Shown: positions 23,365 through 24,032 of the stretch, in pieces
Layout: each line of letters starts with the position of its first letter
Numbering within the stretch: the first letter of the stretch is position 1
From: Candidatus Dormibacteraceae bacterium
Lineage (GTDB): Bacteria > Chloroflexota > Dormibacteria > Dormibacterales > Dormibacteraceae
Direction of reading: 5' to 3'
NCBI GenBank assembly: GCA_041497375.1
Contig: JBGQGI010000001.1
Location: 1 to 24,032 of the forward strand
DNA length: 24,032 bases
The notes under the pieces: model-generated
Told to the model about the DNA's origin: nothing
Seen by the model: the letters and a program-made list of their open reading frames with translations, nothing else
Database searches by the model: none
Translations under genes and position numbers: made by a program

Positions 23365-24032
23365 CTCTGCGCTGCTGGCGGCAGCCGACGTGCACCGGCA
23401 TTTCGAAGGCGTGCACGCGGTGGATGGAGTTTCGATCGAGGTACCGACCGGAAAGATCACGGGGCTGATCGGACCGAACGGCGCCGGCAAGTCGACGTTT
23501 CTCGCTGTGTTGGCGGGGACGCTGCCCGCCTCTGAGGGCACGATTGTTTTTGACGGCCAGGACATCACCCACATGCCTGCGTACGCGCGGGCCCGGCGCG
23601 GCCTCGTGCGCACCTTCCAGCTGCCCTCCGAGTTCGCTCGGCTCACGGTCCTCGAAAACCTGCTCGTGGCCGCTCCGCAAAATCGCGGTGACTCGCTGTG
23701 GGGCGCGTTGATGGGCAAGGGCTACTGGATGGTCGACGAGCGCCGACTGATCGACCAGGCTCGGGGCCTCCTCAAGAGGTTCGGCATGACTGCCAAGGAA
23801 TCGGACTACGCCGGCACCATGAGCGGTGGTCAAAAGCGCCTGATCGAGATCATGCGCGCACTGATGTTGAAGCCCAGGGTCTTGCTCCTCGACGAGCCGA
23901 TGTCGGGCGTCCATCCGTCGATCGTCGAGGAGATCCAGCGCTACCTCCAGGAGCTGCGCAGGGAAGGCTTGACGATATTGATGGTCGAGCACGAGCTGCG
24001 CCTGGTGGAGCGCTTGTGCGACACGGTGGTCG
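23348..24032 (+). CDS. HAAT ABC ATP-binding protein, LivG-like, truncated by the window end
   Basis: Read manually from ATG 23348; absent from the track because no stop falls in the window. Motifs GLIGPNGAGKST, RTFQ, MSGGQKRLIE, LLLDEP, VEHE. Confidence 0.9.
   Translation, partial: MPATLNSALLAAADVHRHFEGVHAVDGVSIEVPTGKITGLIGPNGAGKSTFLAVLAGTLPASEGTIVFDGQDITHMPAYARARRGLVRTFQLPSEFARLTVLENLLVAAPQNRGDSLWGALMGKGYWMVDERRLIDQARGLLKRFGMTAKESDYAGTMSGGQKRLIEIMRALMLKPRVLLLDEPMSGVHPSIVEEIQRYLQELRREGLTILMVEHELRLVERLCDTVV

Noticed and set aside
1-24032. CRISPR arrays, IS elements, integrases, tRNA/rRNA, phage or defence genes
   Set aside because: None seen. Intergenic gaps are short and composition looks uniform by eye; the only repeats are short and within coding sequence.

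Overview
High-GC bacterial chromosomal segment. Lipoboxes and a MacAB-type module without TolC suggest a monoderm such as Actinomycetota, Dormibacterota or Chloroflexota; this is an inference. The window is almost entirely coding and has three blocks. (1) 83-14518 is a LacI-centred, two-armed catabolic locus. The left arm (minus) encodes a beta-hydroxyacid dehydrogenase, an atypical M24/creatinase-fold enzyme, TPP-dependent E1 alpha and beta with no E2/E3, a PfkB kinase and PsuG. The right arm (plus) encodes a five-gene HAAT (Liv-type) ABC importer, a phytoene-desaturase/CrtO-like flavoprotein and an alpha/beta hydrolase resembling 2,6-dihydroxypseudooxynicotine hydrolase. Both arms carry the same palindrome CAAWCGTTTG exactly 4 nt after a -10 box. 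(2) 14515-19983 (minus) encodes GntR, MntP and a MacAB-type module (adaptor, ATPase, permease) ending in a tandem-repeat lipoprotein. (3) 20092-end (plus) encodes a second, divergent HAAT importer transcribed divergently from GntR, with a 12-bp palindrome between them. I found no rRNA, tRNA, CRISPR array or mobile element. The best candidate for an undescribed system is block 1: a regulon with two enzyme families that cleave ring-to-side-chain C-C bonds, possibly for a modified uracil, C-nucleoside or related N-heterocycle. The substrate is a hypothesis. Family consensus motifs are recalled from knowledge; no database searches were run.
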